Part shown: one piece after another, positions 1 through 8,898 of the stretch | Position numbering within the stretch: the first letter of the stretch is position 1 | How the letters are laid out: every line of letters begins with the position of its first letter | Assembly: GCA_963783385.1 (NCBI GenBank) | Contig: CAWANJ010000003.1 | Coordinates: 64,001-128,000, forward strand | DNA: 64,000 nt | Source: an uncultured Gemmatimonadales bacterium | GTDB lineage: Bacteria > Gemmatimonadota > Gemmatimonadetes > Palauibacterales > Palauibacteraceae | Direction of reading: 5' to 3' | Translations under genes and position numbers: made by a program | The notes under the pieces: generated by a model | Database searches by the model: none | What the model saw: only the letters and a program-made list of their open reading frames with translations | Told to the model about the DNA's origin: nothing

Positions 1-706
1 CCCCCTGCGGATACTTCACGCGGAGGCCCTCGATGTGGATGTCGAGGTCCTCCGGGACCGTCGAGCGGAGCGCCTCGATGGCGTCCGGCTTGTTGGCCTC
101 GACTCCTATGATGGCCCGGTCGACTCCGAGGGCGTGCATCATGATCCTGAGGCCGAAGTGCACCCGCTCCGGGTACTCGACCATCGTGCGGTGGTCCGAG
201 GTCAGGTACGGCTCGCACTCCGCTCCGTTCGCCACGATGACGTCCACGTGGGTGTCGGGAGGAGGGGCGAGCTTGACGTGGGCCGGGAAGGCGGCGCCTC
301 CGAGCCCGACCACGCCCGCGTCCTGGATCGCGGCCACCACCTGCTCGGGCGTCAGCCCTGCCCATTCGGGAACGATCCTCGGCCGGAGGCCCTGGGGAGA
401 GATCGGGTCGACGTCGATGACCACGGTCTCGGCCATGCTCCCGTCCGGGTGTGGCCACAGCCGCACGTCCCTCACCGTCCCCGCCGCCGAGGCGTGGACG
501 GAGGAGGAGATGAAGCCCACCGCCTGGCCCACCTTGTCGCCGCGCTCGACCCGGTCCCCGCGCTTCACGAGCGCCCGGGCCGGTGCGCCCGCGTGCTGGC
601 GGAGCGGGATCGCCAGGAGCTCAGGGAAGGGCATGCGCCGGATCGGGAGGCTCGACGTGAGCTCCTTGAGCTCCGGGGGGTGGACCCCGTGACGGAAGCT
701 GCCCAT
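1..706 (-). CDS. rnfC: Electron transport complex subunit RnfC/RsxC (5' part; runs off window)
   Basis: Not in the ORF track; my manual translation from ATG at 706 (RBS AGGAG) gives MGSFRHGVHPPELKELT...PLRQHAGAPA...VHASAAGTV...AGVVGLGGAAFPAHVKL...NGAECEPYLTSDHR...KYPQG, the canonical RnfC motifs. Confidence 0.92.
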   Translation of the reverse strand, partial: MGSFRHGVHPPELKELTSSLPIRRMPFPELLAIPLRQHAGAPARALVKRGDRVERGDKVGQAVGFISSSVHASAAGTVRDVRLWPHPDGSMAETVVIDVDPISPQGLRPRIVPEWAGLTPEQVVAAIQDAGVVGLGGAAFPAHVKLAPPPDTHVDVIVANGAECEPYLTSDHRTMVEYPERVHFGLRIMMHALGVDRAIIGVEANKPDAIEALRSTVPEDLDIHIEGLRVKYPQG

Positions 707-716
707 CAGGCGCTCC

Positions 717-3700
717 TCACTGGAACCGCGCGGCGCGCGCGACCCACTTGTCCAGGTCGGGCTCGTCGGGGTTCAGCGGGTCGCCGGGGTGGATGATGCC
801 GGCCGTGCAGCGCTCGGCCGCCTGCACCAGCTCCTTGAACGTCCCCGCCGACGCGTCCTTGATGTAGGCCTGCTTGTTCTCGTCGTAGGCGAACATGTGC
901 GGGTTGAGCTTGGTGCACTCGTCGCAGCTGGTGCAGCGAGCCGTCTCGATGAAAGGCTCCATCCGCAGTCCGCCGTGCGCCGGCTTCGCCTTCGCGGGGG
1001 CTTCGGGCTCCGCGGCAGGCGCCGCCGAGGCCGACGGGTCCGGGGCGGCCGACGGAGCGGCTACCGTGGCGGTGGCCACGCCCACCGGCGAAGCGCCCGG
1101 TTCGGCGGCCTGCTCTCCGACCCCGCCCACGCCGTTCGAGCCGAGCCCGGCCTCCTCGAGCCGGATCGGCTCCAGGTTCGGTGTGGACTCGGCCTCCGCG
1201 AGGATTTCGGCCAGCGTGCGGGCCCCGTCGCCCGAGCGCACCAGCCCCTCCGCCAGGCGCCGGGCCACGATCCGCGGGTAGCGCGTGCGGACGTCGTCCA
1301 GCTTCGCCTCGTACTCGGCCTCCAGCTCGTGCGTCCTCCGCTCGAACTCCGCCTCGAGCTCCGAGCGCAGCGTGCGCCGGACGGATTCCGGCACCTTCAG
1401 CCCGGCCAGCTCGCGGAGCTGGGACCAGAAGGCCAGCCGGTCCTCGGCCAGCTCGGCGATCTCGGGTGACACGGACAGGCGGGTGAGCCTCCCCTCGTCG
1501 TCCAGCGCGTGGATCCAGGCCGTCTTCCCGGCTCGCTCCTCGCCGCTCATGTCCACGAACTCGTGGAACGGCACGAGCTCGTCCGCGGGTGGAGCCCCGT
1601 CCGAGCCCTCGGCCGGCAGCTCCCTGAAGTGCTTCCGAAACCGTCCCTCGGTCGCGGCCCAGTCCGCGATCGTCATCGGGAGCTCGAGAGTGTGCTCCTC
1701 GTCCGTCTCCGGGTCGCGGTAGGTGAGCTCGTAGGTCGGCCACGTCCGGTCGCGGTCAGGGTTGTCGTCCAGGTCGAGGCAGTCGGCGATGGAGGCGCCA
1801 GCGTCCGGGTCGAAGATGAAGTGCGGGAAGGCCCGGCTTTCGTGCGCCATCTTGGCGGCCGTGGGAGCCCAGTCGTCCGGGAGGCCGTGCTCGACCGGGC
1901 AGGGCGCGTGGATGTTGAAGATGGCCGGCCGCCGCTTGCGGATGCCGCGCAGGACGCCGCCCAGCAGGTGGGCCGGCGACGCCTGGGAGCTCTGGAGCAC
2001 GAAGGAGCCGCGGTGAGCCAGGGCGATGAGCCCGAGCTCCTTGCGCTCCTCGCGCTTGCCGTGCTGGGCGGAGCCGAACTCGGCCATGTCGGACACCTGG
2101 CCCAGGAACCCGCTCGTGCACGCCTGACCGCCGGTGTTCGAGTATACCTGCGTGTCCAGGACGAGGACGCGGATCGGCTTCCCCGACGCCATCAGCCGCG
2201 ACAGGTTCTGGAACCCGATGTCGAGCATGGCGCCGTCCCCGCCCACCACCAGCATGGGCGGACACAGGTCGAACTCCCGGTCGCTGAAGTCCTCCCACGT
2301 GAACGCCTGGAAGGCGGGCTCGTGCCGGGTGGGGTCGTACGTCCCGTCGAGCTGGAGGCGCGCCCGGCGCACGGCCACGAAGTCGTCGGCCATCCGGCGC
2401 ATGGTGCCCTCGAACAGCCCGATGCCGATCGAGGGAGCGTCCTGGAACAGGTGGTTCACCCAGGGGACCGGGTAGGGGTTGAAGGGATAGGTGCTGCCCC
2501 ACACCGAGGAGCAACCGGTGCTGTTGGAGATGCCGAGCGACGCCCTGCCCCGGCCGCCGGGGCCTTCCTTGTAGCGCCACCTGAGGTCGCGAAGTGACTC
2601 GAGCGACCCCACGATCCGGCGCAGGGCCTCCTTCGCCTCGGGCTCCAGCTCGAGGTCCACCGTGTCCCCATCGGTAAGCGCGGCGAGCTCGACGTCCGCG
2701 TCGGCCGACAGGAGCTGGCGGGCCTTCTCGTCCAGCCCCTCGATGAGCTCGTCCAGGTCCCCGATGAAGTCCTTCACCCGGTGCTGCATGGCGGCCGTGA
2801 TCGCGGAGACCACCAGGTGCACGGCGGTCTTCTCGCCGCAGCCCATGCAGGCTCCGTCGCCGCCCACCATCGAGCGGTACACGTCCTTCTTGAGGAGGAG
2901 GGATGGCAGGACGCCGATCCCCTCGTCCACGTCGATCACGTTGATGTAGCGGTCGTCGGTGTCCGGGAGCTCCTCCCACAGCCGCCAGTTGTGGCGCAGC
3001 CGCTCGACCGTCTCGTCGTCCTGACGGACCGTGACCAGCGCCTCGTCCGGGCAGACATCGACGCAGATGTTGCAGCCCTTGCAGGCGTAAGGGTTGATCG
3101 TGATCGACAGGAGGCCGCCGCTCCCTGCCTCCCTGGACTCCGGGAGCTGCCAGAAGGGGGCGGTGACGGCCACCGGGAAGTCGGCGGCCACCTCGTACAC
3201 GGCCGCGAAGTCGCGGTCCAGCTCGGCCCGGCGCTCCGGGTCCCAGCCCAGCTTCCCGACCAGGTTGTCGTAGGATGTCCGGAGGGTCTCGCCGAAGCTC
3301 TCGAGCGGCACGGCCTCCAGGGTGGAGTGCACCTCGGCGGCCAGGTGACGGGACACCTGGTGGATCCGGTCCAGCGGCCGGTCCTCCCGCGTCGCCACCC
3401 GGATGGCGGCGTCGAGGATCTCACCCGGGGTGTTCACCAGCCCGGGGATGGCCGCGTCGGGGCACTGGGTCCAGCACTTGTTGCAGCCGGTGCAGTTGGC
3501 CGGCACGAACTCGGGCACCTCGAAGCGGATCGCGGTCATGTCACGCAGCGCGCTCGACGCCGCGGGCATGACGCTGAGCGCCGCGAACGGATCGGCGATC
3601 CCGTCCTCGCCCTCGGCGTACAGGGCGCACACCTGTTCGTAGAAGCGTCCCGGGTTGCCCGGTCCCTCCTCCGCGTCCGGCGAAGCCATGACGGCCGGCA

Positions 3701-5972
3701 TCGGGGCCAGCGGCAGCTCGCGTCCCACGGCGACCTCGGCCCCCGCCTCCGCTCCGACATCGGTCTCGACGGCTCGCAGCTCCCCGTAGCCGCGCCGGAT
3801 CACCCGGAAGTTGTCGTCCACGACCTGGTCCCCGAGCTTGCCGAACTTGGCCTGGAGACGCTCGCGGATGCCCTCGAACAGCGTGTCCTCGTCCAGCTCC
3901 TGTCGCTCGGCCACGGAGGACACCGCGAAGAAGGCCCCCATGAAGGCGGCGCCCTGCATGCGGTAGCGCAGGCTGGGGTCGGAGGCCTCCGTGCTGGCGA
4001 TCGAGAACCCGTCCAGCACGTACATTCGGATGCGGCGCTGCAGGATCCGGCGACGGGCCTCCGGCGGTAGCTCCTCCCACACCGTCTCCGGGTCCCGGTC
4101 GCTCTGGAGCACGAAGGCCCCGCCCTGGCGCAGCCCGGCGAGCGGGTCGGAGTTGGCGAACACGTTGGGGTCGGGTGAGAGGACCACGTCCACGTGGCGG
4201 AGCTCGGCGTTGATCCGCACCGGCTCCGGCGAAAGGGTCGCGTAGAAGGTGGTCGGCTGGCCCTTCTTCTCGGAGCCGTACTTGGGATTGGCCTTGACGT
4301 TGAGCCCCGCCAGCTCGAACGCGGTCAGGGCGAGGTTCTTCCCCATGGTGATGGCGCCCCACCCGCCCACGGAGTGGATGCGGACCGAGACGGAGCCTCC
4401 GGGCATCAGGTCCAGGTCGCCGGCCGAGGTCAGGGCGAGGTCGCCCAGCTTGGGGTAGCCCTCCAGGAGCTTCTCCTGCCAGACCTGCAGCTTGGGGTGG
4501 CGGGTGCCGCGGCGCAGGAAGTCGACGCCCAGGTAGAACTGGCGGATGCCCCGCGCGCCGGGCAGCATGTTCTCGACCGCCGCCACCAGGTCCCCGGGCT
4601 GGACGTCCCGGCTCCCGAAGCCGAAGCCGGCCCCGTAGAAGTCGGGCACTTCGTCCGCGCCGACGACGGGGAGGTTCGGGAAGGGCTGCCGCTCGCCGCC
4701 CGGAGTGCCGCGTGACGCCTGGCGTGCGGCGGCGAAGGCTCGTCCGTTCTCGGCCGCCTGGGAGAGGGCTGTGCGCAGCTCCCGGAGGATGGGGCCGTCG
4801 GCGGCCAGGGGCTGGTCGAGTCGCTCGAGCACCGTGACGCCCTTCTTCCCGGCCAGGAGACGTGCCACCAGGTCCGAGGGGAAGGGGCGGAACATGGTCA
4901 TATCCAGCACGCCGACCTTGAGGCCGCGTTCCTCCCGAAGGTGGTCGGCGACCGCCTCGGCGTTTCCGACGACGCTGCCCTGTCCCACCAGCACCCAGTC
5001 GGCGTCGTCCAGCCGGTAGCCCGACGCGCGGGCGTAGCGCCGTCCGGTGAGCCGGGCGAACTCCTCCATGGCCCGGTCGGCGAGCCCGGCCACGTGGTCG
5101 AAGTAGAAGGGCCGCTGGGCCGCCACGCCCTGGGCGTAGGAGTCCTGGTTCTGGACCGTGCCCAGCATGGTCGGATAGTCGAAGTCGAACAGGATCGGGA
5201 TGCGGCGCCGCTCCTCGCCGAACACCAGGCGCTGGGCCGGCGTCGGCGACGGGATGCGGTCGGCCGGATCGCCCAGGAACTCGCGCACCAGCTCGGGCTC
5301 GGGCAGGCGCAGCGACTCGATCACGTGGCTGGTGAGGAAGCCGTCCTGCGCCAGCACGCCCGGATTCAGCGCCAGCTCGGCGATGCGGTGGGCGATGAGG
5401 TTGAGGTCGGCCGCCTCCTGGACGTTCTTCGCGAACAGCTGGAAGAAGCCCGTGTCGTCGATGGCGTGGTAGTCGTCGTGACCGGCGTGGATGTTCAGCG
5501 CCTGCTTGGTCATGGCGCGGCAGGCCATGTTGAGCACGTAGGTGAGTCGCTTCCCGGCGGCCGCGTACAGCGACTCGTGCATGTAGGCGATGCCCTGGCT
5601 GGCCGAGAAGTTGGCCGAGCGCAGGCCGGACATGGACAGCCCGGCGGTGACGCCGGCGGCCGCGTGCTCGCCCTCGGGCTCGAAGAATATCAGCCGGCGC
5701 CCGAACGCGTTCGTCTTGCCGCGCGCCACGGCGGCGGCCCAGTGCTCGCCCATCTGGGTGGCGGGCGTGATCGGGTAGGCCCCGGCCGCTTCGCTGCCCT
5801 CGGTCTCGACGGCCGCCACGGCCTCGCTGCCGTCCATGGCCACCAGCCGGCCCGGGTAGCGAACCTCGTCCGCCCCGGGGTTCGTGGCAGGCGTCTCGGA
5901 CTTCGTGGCGGACGCCTTCCCGGACGTCCCCCGGCCCGCGCCTGTCGCATTCTTCATCGGCCAGATCATCAC
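717..5972 (-). CDS. Large single-chain pyruvate/2-oxoacid:ferredoxin oxidoreductase (NifJ/PFOR type) with extra C-terminal ferredoxin domain
   Basis: YPITP motif; gamma domain GGWGAITMGK; CTGCNKCWTQCP and CKGCNICVDVCP; GACMGCGE; TPP motif GGDG...DTQVYSNTGGQ; terminal CTSCDEC...C. 1751 aa. Confidence 0.92.
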   Translation of the reverse strand: MMIWPMKNATGAGRGTSGKASATKSETPATNPGADEVRYPGRLVAMDGSEAVAAVETEGSEAAGAYPITPATQMGEHWAAAVARGKTNAFGRRLIFFEPEGEHAAAGVTAGLSMSGLRSANFSASQGIAYMHESLYAAAGKRLTYVLNMACRAMTKQALNIHAGHDDYHAIDDTGFFQLFAKNVQEAADLNLIAHRIAELALNPGVLAQDGFLTSHVIESLRLPEPELVREFLGDPADRIPSPTPAQRLVFGEERRRIPILFDFDYPTMLGTVQNQDSYAQGVAAQRPFYFDHVAGLADRAMEEFARLTGRRYARASGYRLDDADWVLVGQGSVVGNAEAVADHLREERGLKVGVLDMTMFRPFPSDLVARLLAGKKGVTVLERLDQPLAADGPILRELRTALSQAAENGRAFAAARQASRGTPGGERQPFPNLPVVGADEVPDFYGAGFGFGSRDVQPGDLVAAVENMLPGARGIRQFYLGVDFLRRGTRHPKLQVWQEKLLEGYPKLGDLALTSAGDLDLMPGGSVSVRIHSVGGWGAITMGKNLALTAFELAGLNVKANPKYGSEKKGQPTTFYATLSPEPVRINAELRHVDVVLSPDPNVFANSDPLAGLRQGGAFVLQSDRDPETVWEELPPEARRRILQRRIRMYVLDGFSIASTEASDPSLRYRMQGAAFMGAFFAVSSVAERQELDEDTLFEGIRERLQAKFGKLGDQVVDDNFRVIRRGYGELRAVETDVGAEAGAEVAVGRELPLAPMPAVMASPDAEEGPGNPGRFYEQVCALYAEGEDGIADPFAALSVMPAASSALRDMTAIRFEVPEFVPANCTGCNKCWTQCPDAAIPGLVNTPGEILDAAIRVATREDRPLDRIHQVSRHLAAEVHSTLEAVPLESFGETLRTSYDNLVGKLGWDPERRAELDRDFAAVYEVAADFPVAVTAPFWQLPESREAGSGGLLSITINPYACKGCNICVDVCPDEALVTVRQDDETVERLRHNWRLWEELPDTDDRYINVIDVDEGIGVLPSLLLKKDVYRSMVGGDGACMGCGEKTAVHLVVSAITAAMQHRVKDFIGDLDELIEGLDEKARQLLSADADVELAALTDGDTVDLELEPEAKEALRRIVGSLESLRDLRWRYKEGPGGRGRASLGISNSTGCSSVWGSTYPFNPYPVPWVNHLFQDAPSIGIGLFEGTMRRMADDFVAVRRARLQLDGTYDPTRHEPAFQAFTWEDFSDREFDLCPPMLVVGGDGAMLDIGFQNLSRLMASGKPIRVLVLDTQVYSNTGGQACTSGFLGQVSDMAEFGSAQHGKREERKELGLIALAHRGSFVLQSSQASPAHLLGGVLRGIRKRRPAIFNIHAPCPVEHGLPDDWAPTAAKMAHESRAFPHFIFDPDAGASIADCLDLDDNPDRDRTWPTYELTYRDPETDEEHTLELPMTIADWAATEGRFRKHFRELPAEGSDGAPPADELVPFHEFVDMSGEERAGKTAWIHALDDEGRLTRLSVSPEIAELAEDRLAFWSQLRELAGLKVPESVRRTLRSELEAEFERRTHELEAEYEAKLDDVRTRYPRIVARRLAEGLVRSGDGARTLAEILAEAESTPNLEPIRLEEAGLGSNGVGGVGEQAAEPGASPVGVATATVAAPSAAPDPSASAAPAAEPEAPAKAKPAHGGLRMEPFIETARCTSCDECTKLNPHMFAYDENKQAYIKDASAGTFKELVQAAERCTAGIIHPGDPLNPDEPDLDKWVARAARFQ

Positions 5973-5998
5973 ACCCGCTCCAGTTCTTCGAAGATCTT

Positions 5999-6916
5999 TC
6001 AGGTCGTGCCCGCGGTCGCCCGCGAGCGGCGACCGATCTCACGTGTACGGATCGGGACCACGTCGTCCCGGCCGCCCATGTCTTCCGTCGCTCCAGGCGC
6101 CTCGAACTGCCGGCCGATCACCCACTGGATGGCGCCGGTGGGACAGCGTGCCGTCGCTTCCGGACCCGCCAACTCGTTCCTGGAGTAGTCGATCACCGGA
6201 AGGCCGTCGCGCATCTCGATGAGTCCCGCCGCGGCGTCCATGGCGCACCGGCCGCACGCGTCGCAGGCCACGGCGCACAGCTCGGTGGCCGGCTTGCCCT
6301 CCAGCAGGTTCCGGCACTGCACGATGAGCCGCTGGCTCATCGGCATGAGCGTGAACAGGTCCAGCGGGCAGGCCTCGACGCAGTCCCCGCACGCCGTGCA
6401 CAGCTCCGGGTCCACGACGGGCAGGTCCACGTCGTTCATGCGGATGGCGTCGAAGTCGCAGGAGATCGCGCAGTCCGCCAGCCCGACGCAGCCCCACGGA
6501 CACGCCTTACCGCCGCCGGTCACCGCCACGGCGGCCGCGCAGGAGACGGCGCCCTCGTAGATCGCCTTGCGGGGCGCGACATCCGAGCCGCCCGCGCACA
6601 GCAGCCGGGCCACGCGCTTCTCGGCCTGGCCGGCCTCCACGCCCAGGAGGGAGGCCACCGCGCCCCGGTCCTCCGGCCCCATGACCGTGCACTGGGCGGG
6701 GGCGATCCGTCCGGCCACGAGGCCCTCGGCGAACGCCCGGCATCCCGGCAGCCCGCACGCTCCGCAGTTGTTTCCGGGGAGCATGCCTTCGGCCTCGTCG
6801 ATGCGCGGGTCCTCCCACACCCAGAACTTCCGGTTGACGACGGCGATGGTGCCACCGAGGAGGACGCCGATGCCGGCCAGGATGCCGATCGGGACGAGGA
6901 GCGAGGTCAGGGGCAT
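5999..6916 (-). CDS. rnfB: Electron transport complex subunit RnfB/RsxB
   Basis: N-terminal TM helix, EDPRID...LPGNNCGACGLPGC, plus ferredoxin motifs (CTACGDCVEACP and others). Start re-assigned to ATG at 6916. Confidence 0.9.
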   Translation of the reverse strand: MPLTSLLVPIGILAGIGVLLGGTIAVVNRKFWVWEDPRIDEAEGMLPGNNCGACGLPGCRAFAEGLVAGRIAPAQCTVMGPEDRGAVASLLGVEAGQAEKRVARLLCAGGSDVAPRKAIYEGAVSCAAAVAVTGGGKACPWGCVGLADCAISCDFDAIRMNDVDLPVVDPELCTACGDCVEACPLDLFTLMPMSQRLIVQCRNLLEGKPATELCAVACDACGRCAMDAAAGLIEMRDGLPVIDYSRNELAGPEATARCPTGAIQWVIGRQFEAPGATEDMGGRDDVVPIRTREIGRRSRATAGTT

Positions 6917-6923
6917 CGTCCGC

Positions 6924-7943
6924 TCACCCCAGGTCGCGCAGGTTCGCCTGGCGGAGCAGCCATGCGGCCAGCCGGTCGGCGGGCCGGGCGGCATCCCCGC
7001 CGCCGCTCGCCGAATGCCCGTTCGTCGAAGGCACGGCCGCCGCCGGCGCACCGGGGCGGGCCAGGGACGCGAGCTGGGCCAGCTCCTCCGCCTGCTGGGC
7101 CGCGCTGATGGCGCCGACCGGCCGGAGGTCCGAGACTTCCGGTAACTCCTCTACGGCCATGCGCTCGGCGAGGCAGCTCCCCACCGACGGGTCGTGCGTG
7201 AAGCGTGCGGAGCCCGACCCTTCCGGGAACAGGGCGGCCACGGCCGGTCCCTCGAAGTCCGACAGCCGATGGAGCGCCTCGGGATCCTCCGTCTGGAGGA
7301 CGAGGACGCCCGGGGTGATGAGCCGTACGAGCGACGCGGGAGGTGCCGTGCCCTCGATCACCAGGACCAGCTTCTGCGCTCCGTCCAGGAACTCGGCCAG
7401 CGCCCCCGCCCGGAGGGCCACGCCCGGCGTCGGGACGACCAGGGGCGGGGCCAGACCCCGCTCGGCGCGATTCCACGAGGACGGAGGAAAGTGGCTCAGA
7501 TGCTCGGCGTGCGCGTCCGTCCGGTAGCGTCCCTCGCGGGCCAGCTCCGCCGCGCGGGCCGCGCCGAAGGCGATGCCCAGACGACCCAGGCCGGCGTCCA
7601 CGGCCTCCCGGAGGCTTCCTCCGGCGAGGACCGACTCCACGAACATCCGGTCGTCCGCGGCGTCCAGGCTGGCCAGGGCCTCGTGCGCTCGCTCCAGCAG
7701 CGCGTAAGCCTCGGGGTCGAGGAGGCTGTCCTCCGCGAACAGGCCCGCGAATCGTTCGGGGTCCATGATGCGCGAGGCCAGGGCTCCGAGCGCCTGGGCA
7801 TCCGGAGCGGCGCCCGCCGGCTGGCGGCGCCTCTCGAGCTCGGCTCGCACCTCGTCGACCGCGCGTGCCACGGCCGAGCGGAAGCCCTCCAGGGACCCCT
7901 GGAGCGCCGAAAGGACCAGGTCCACCCGCTGTTCAGATGGCAT
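6924..7943 (-). CDS. Hypothetical protein embedded in the Kor/PFOR/Rnf operon
   Basis: 339-aa ORF with protein-like composition; overlaps the korB stop and ends 7 nt before rnfB. Confidence 0.8.
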   Translation of the reverse strand: MPSEQRVDLVLSALQGSLEGFRSAVARAVDEVRAELERRRQPAGAAPDAQALGALASRIMDPERFAGLFAEDSLLDPEAYALLERAHEALASLDAADDRMFVESVLAGGSLREAVDAGLGRLGIAFGAARAAELAREGRYRTDAHAEHLSHFPPSSWNRAERGLAPPLVVPTPGVALRAGALAEFLDGAQKLVLVIEGTAPPASLVRLITPGVLVLQTEDPEALHRLSDFEGPAVAALFPEGSGSARFTHDPSVGSCLAERMAVEELPEVSDLRPVGAISAAQQAEELAQLASLARPGAPAAAVPSTNGHSASGGGDAARPADRLAAWLLRQANLRDLG

Positions 7944-8898
7944 GGCGATCCAGCTCCCGGTTCAGCAGTTCCACCTTCTCCCCGGCCGAGCGCGACGGCA
8001 CCCTCCGGATCACGTCGTAGACGGCCCGCGACGGGTCGCGGAAGAACACGCCCAGGCGGATGGGGTGCTCCGGGTCCGAGTCCTCCTCGGCCAGCCGGCG
8101 GGCGAAGTCCAGGTCGGAGGGGTCGTGCGGCCGCACGTGCTCGTAGATCTTCTCCAACCCGTCCACCTGCACCCCATCCTCGTGCACCAGGAGCTCGATC
8201 TTGTTCGGATCGCGCACGGCGTCGATGAACATGGACAGCGTGTAGTGCGGACAGCGCTGCAGGACGCGCACGAAGGCGAACCCGCGGTGCCGATACGCGG
8301 CGCGCAGGGTGGCCTGCAGGTGCTGGGGGATCCACTCGGCGGTCTGGGCCACGAACGAGGCGTTGGTGATGCCGAGCGTGGCCGTCAGCGGATTGAGCGA
8401 CGGCAGGAAGCTGCCGTGCGGCTGCGTGTTCGTCCTGTAGCCCTGCGGGGTGGTCGGCGACGTCTGCTTCTTGGTCAATCCGTAGATGTGGTTGTCCAGC
8501 ATGAGGGCGACCATGTCCGTGTTGTAGCGCACGGCGTGCACCCAGTGACCGGCCCCGATCGAGGCGCAGTCCCCGTCGCCCATGACCGCGAACACGTTCA
8601 GGTCGGGGCGGTGCAGCTTGACCCCGGTGGCCAGCGGCAGCGCCCGGCCGTGGATGCCGTGGAAGCCGTAGGTGCCGAGGTGGTGCGGGAAGCGCCCCGA
8701 GCACCCGATGCCGGACACGAACACGGTCTTCTCGGGCGCCAGCTGCTCCTCGCGAAGCAGCCTCTGGCTGGCGGCCAGAACCGAGTGGTCGCCGCAGCCG
8801 GGGCACCAGCGCGCCACCGGACCGGCGTAGTCGTCCAGCTCGAACGAGCGATCCTCCTCCACCGACATCCGGAGGAGGGAGCAGGTCGCGGTGCTCAT
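7933..8898 (-). CDS. korB: 2-oxoacid:ferredoxin oxidoreductase beta subunit (TPP-binding)
   Basis: WCPGCGD, SGIGCSGR, HGRALP, GDGD...DNHIYGLTKKQTSPT. ATG at 8898 overlaps the alpha-subunit stop (ATGA). Confidence 0.92.
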   Translation of the reverse strand: MSTATCSLLRMSVEEDRSFELDDYAGPVARWCPGCGDHSVLAASQRLLREEQLAPEKTVFVSGIGCSGRFPHHLGTYGFHGIHGRALPLATGVKLHRPDLNVFAVMGDGDCASIGAGHWVHAVRYNTDMVALMLDNHIYGLTKKQTSPTTPQGYRTNTQPHGSFLPSLNPLTATLGITNASFVAQTAEWIPQHLQATLRAAYRHRGFAFVRVLQRCPHYTLSMFIDAVRDPNKIELLVHEDGVQVDGLEKIYEHVRPHDPSDLDFARRLAEEDSDPEHPIRLGVFFRDPSRAVYDVIRRVPSRSAGEKVELLNRELDRHAI

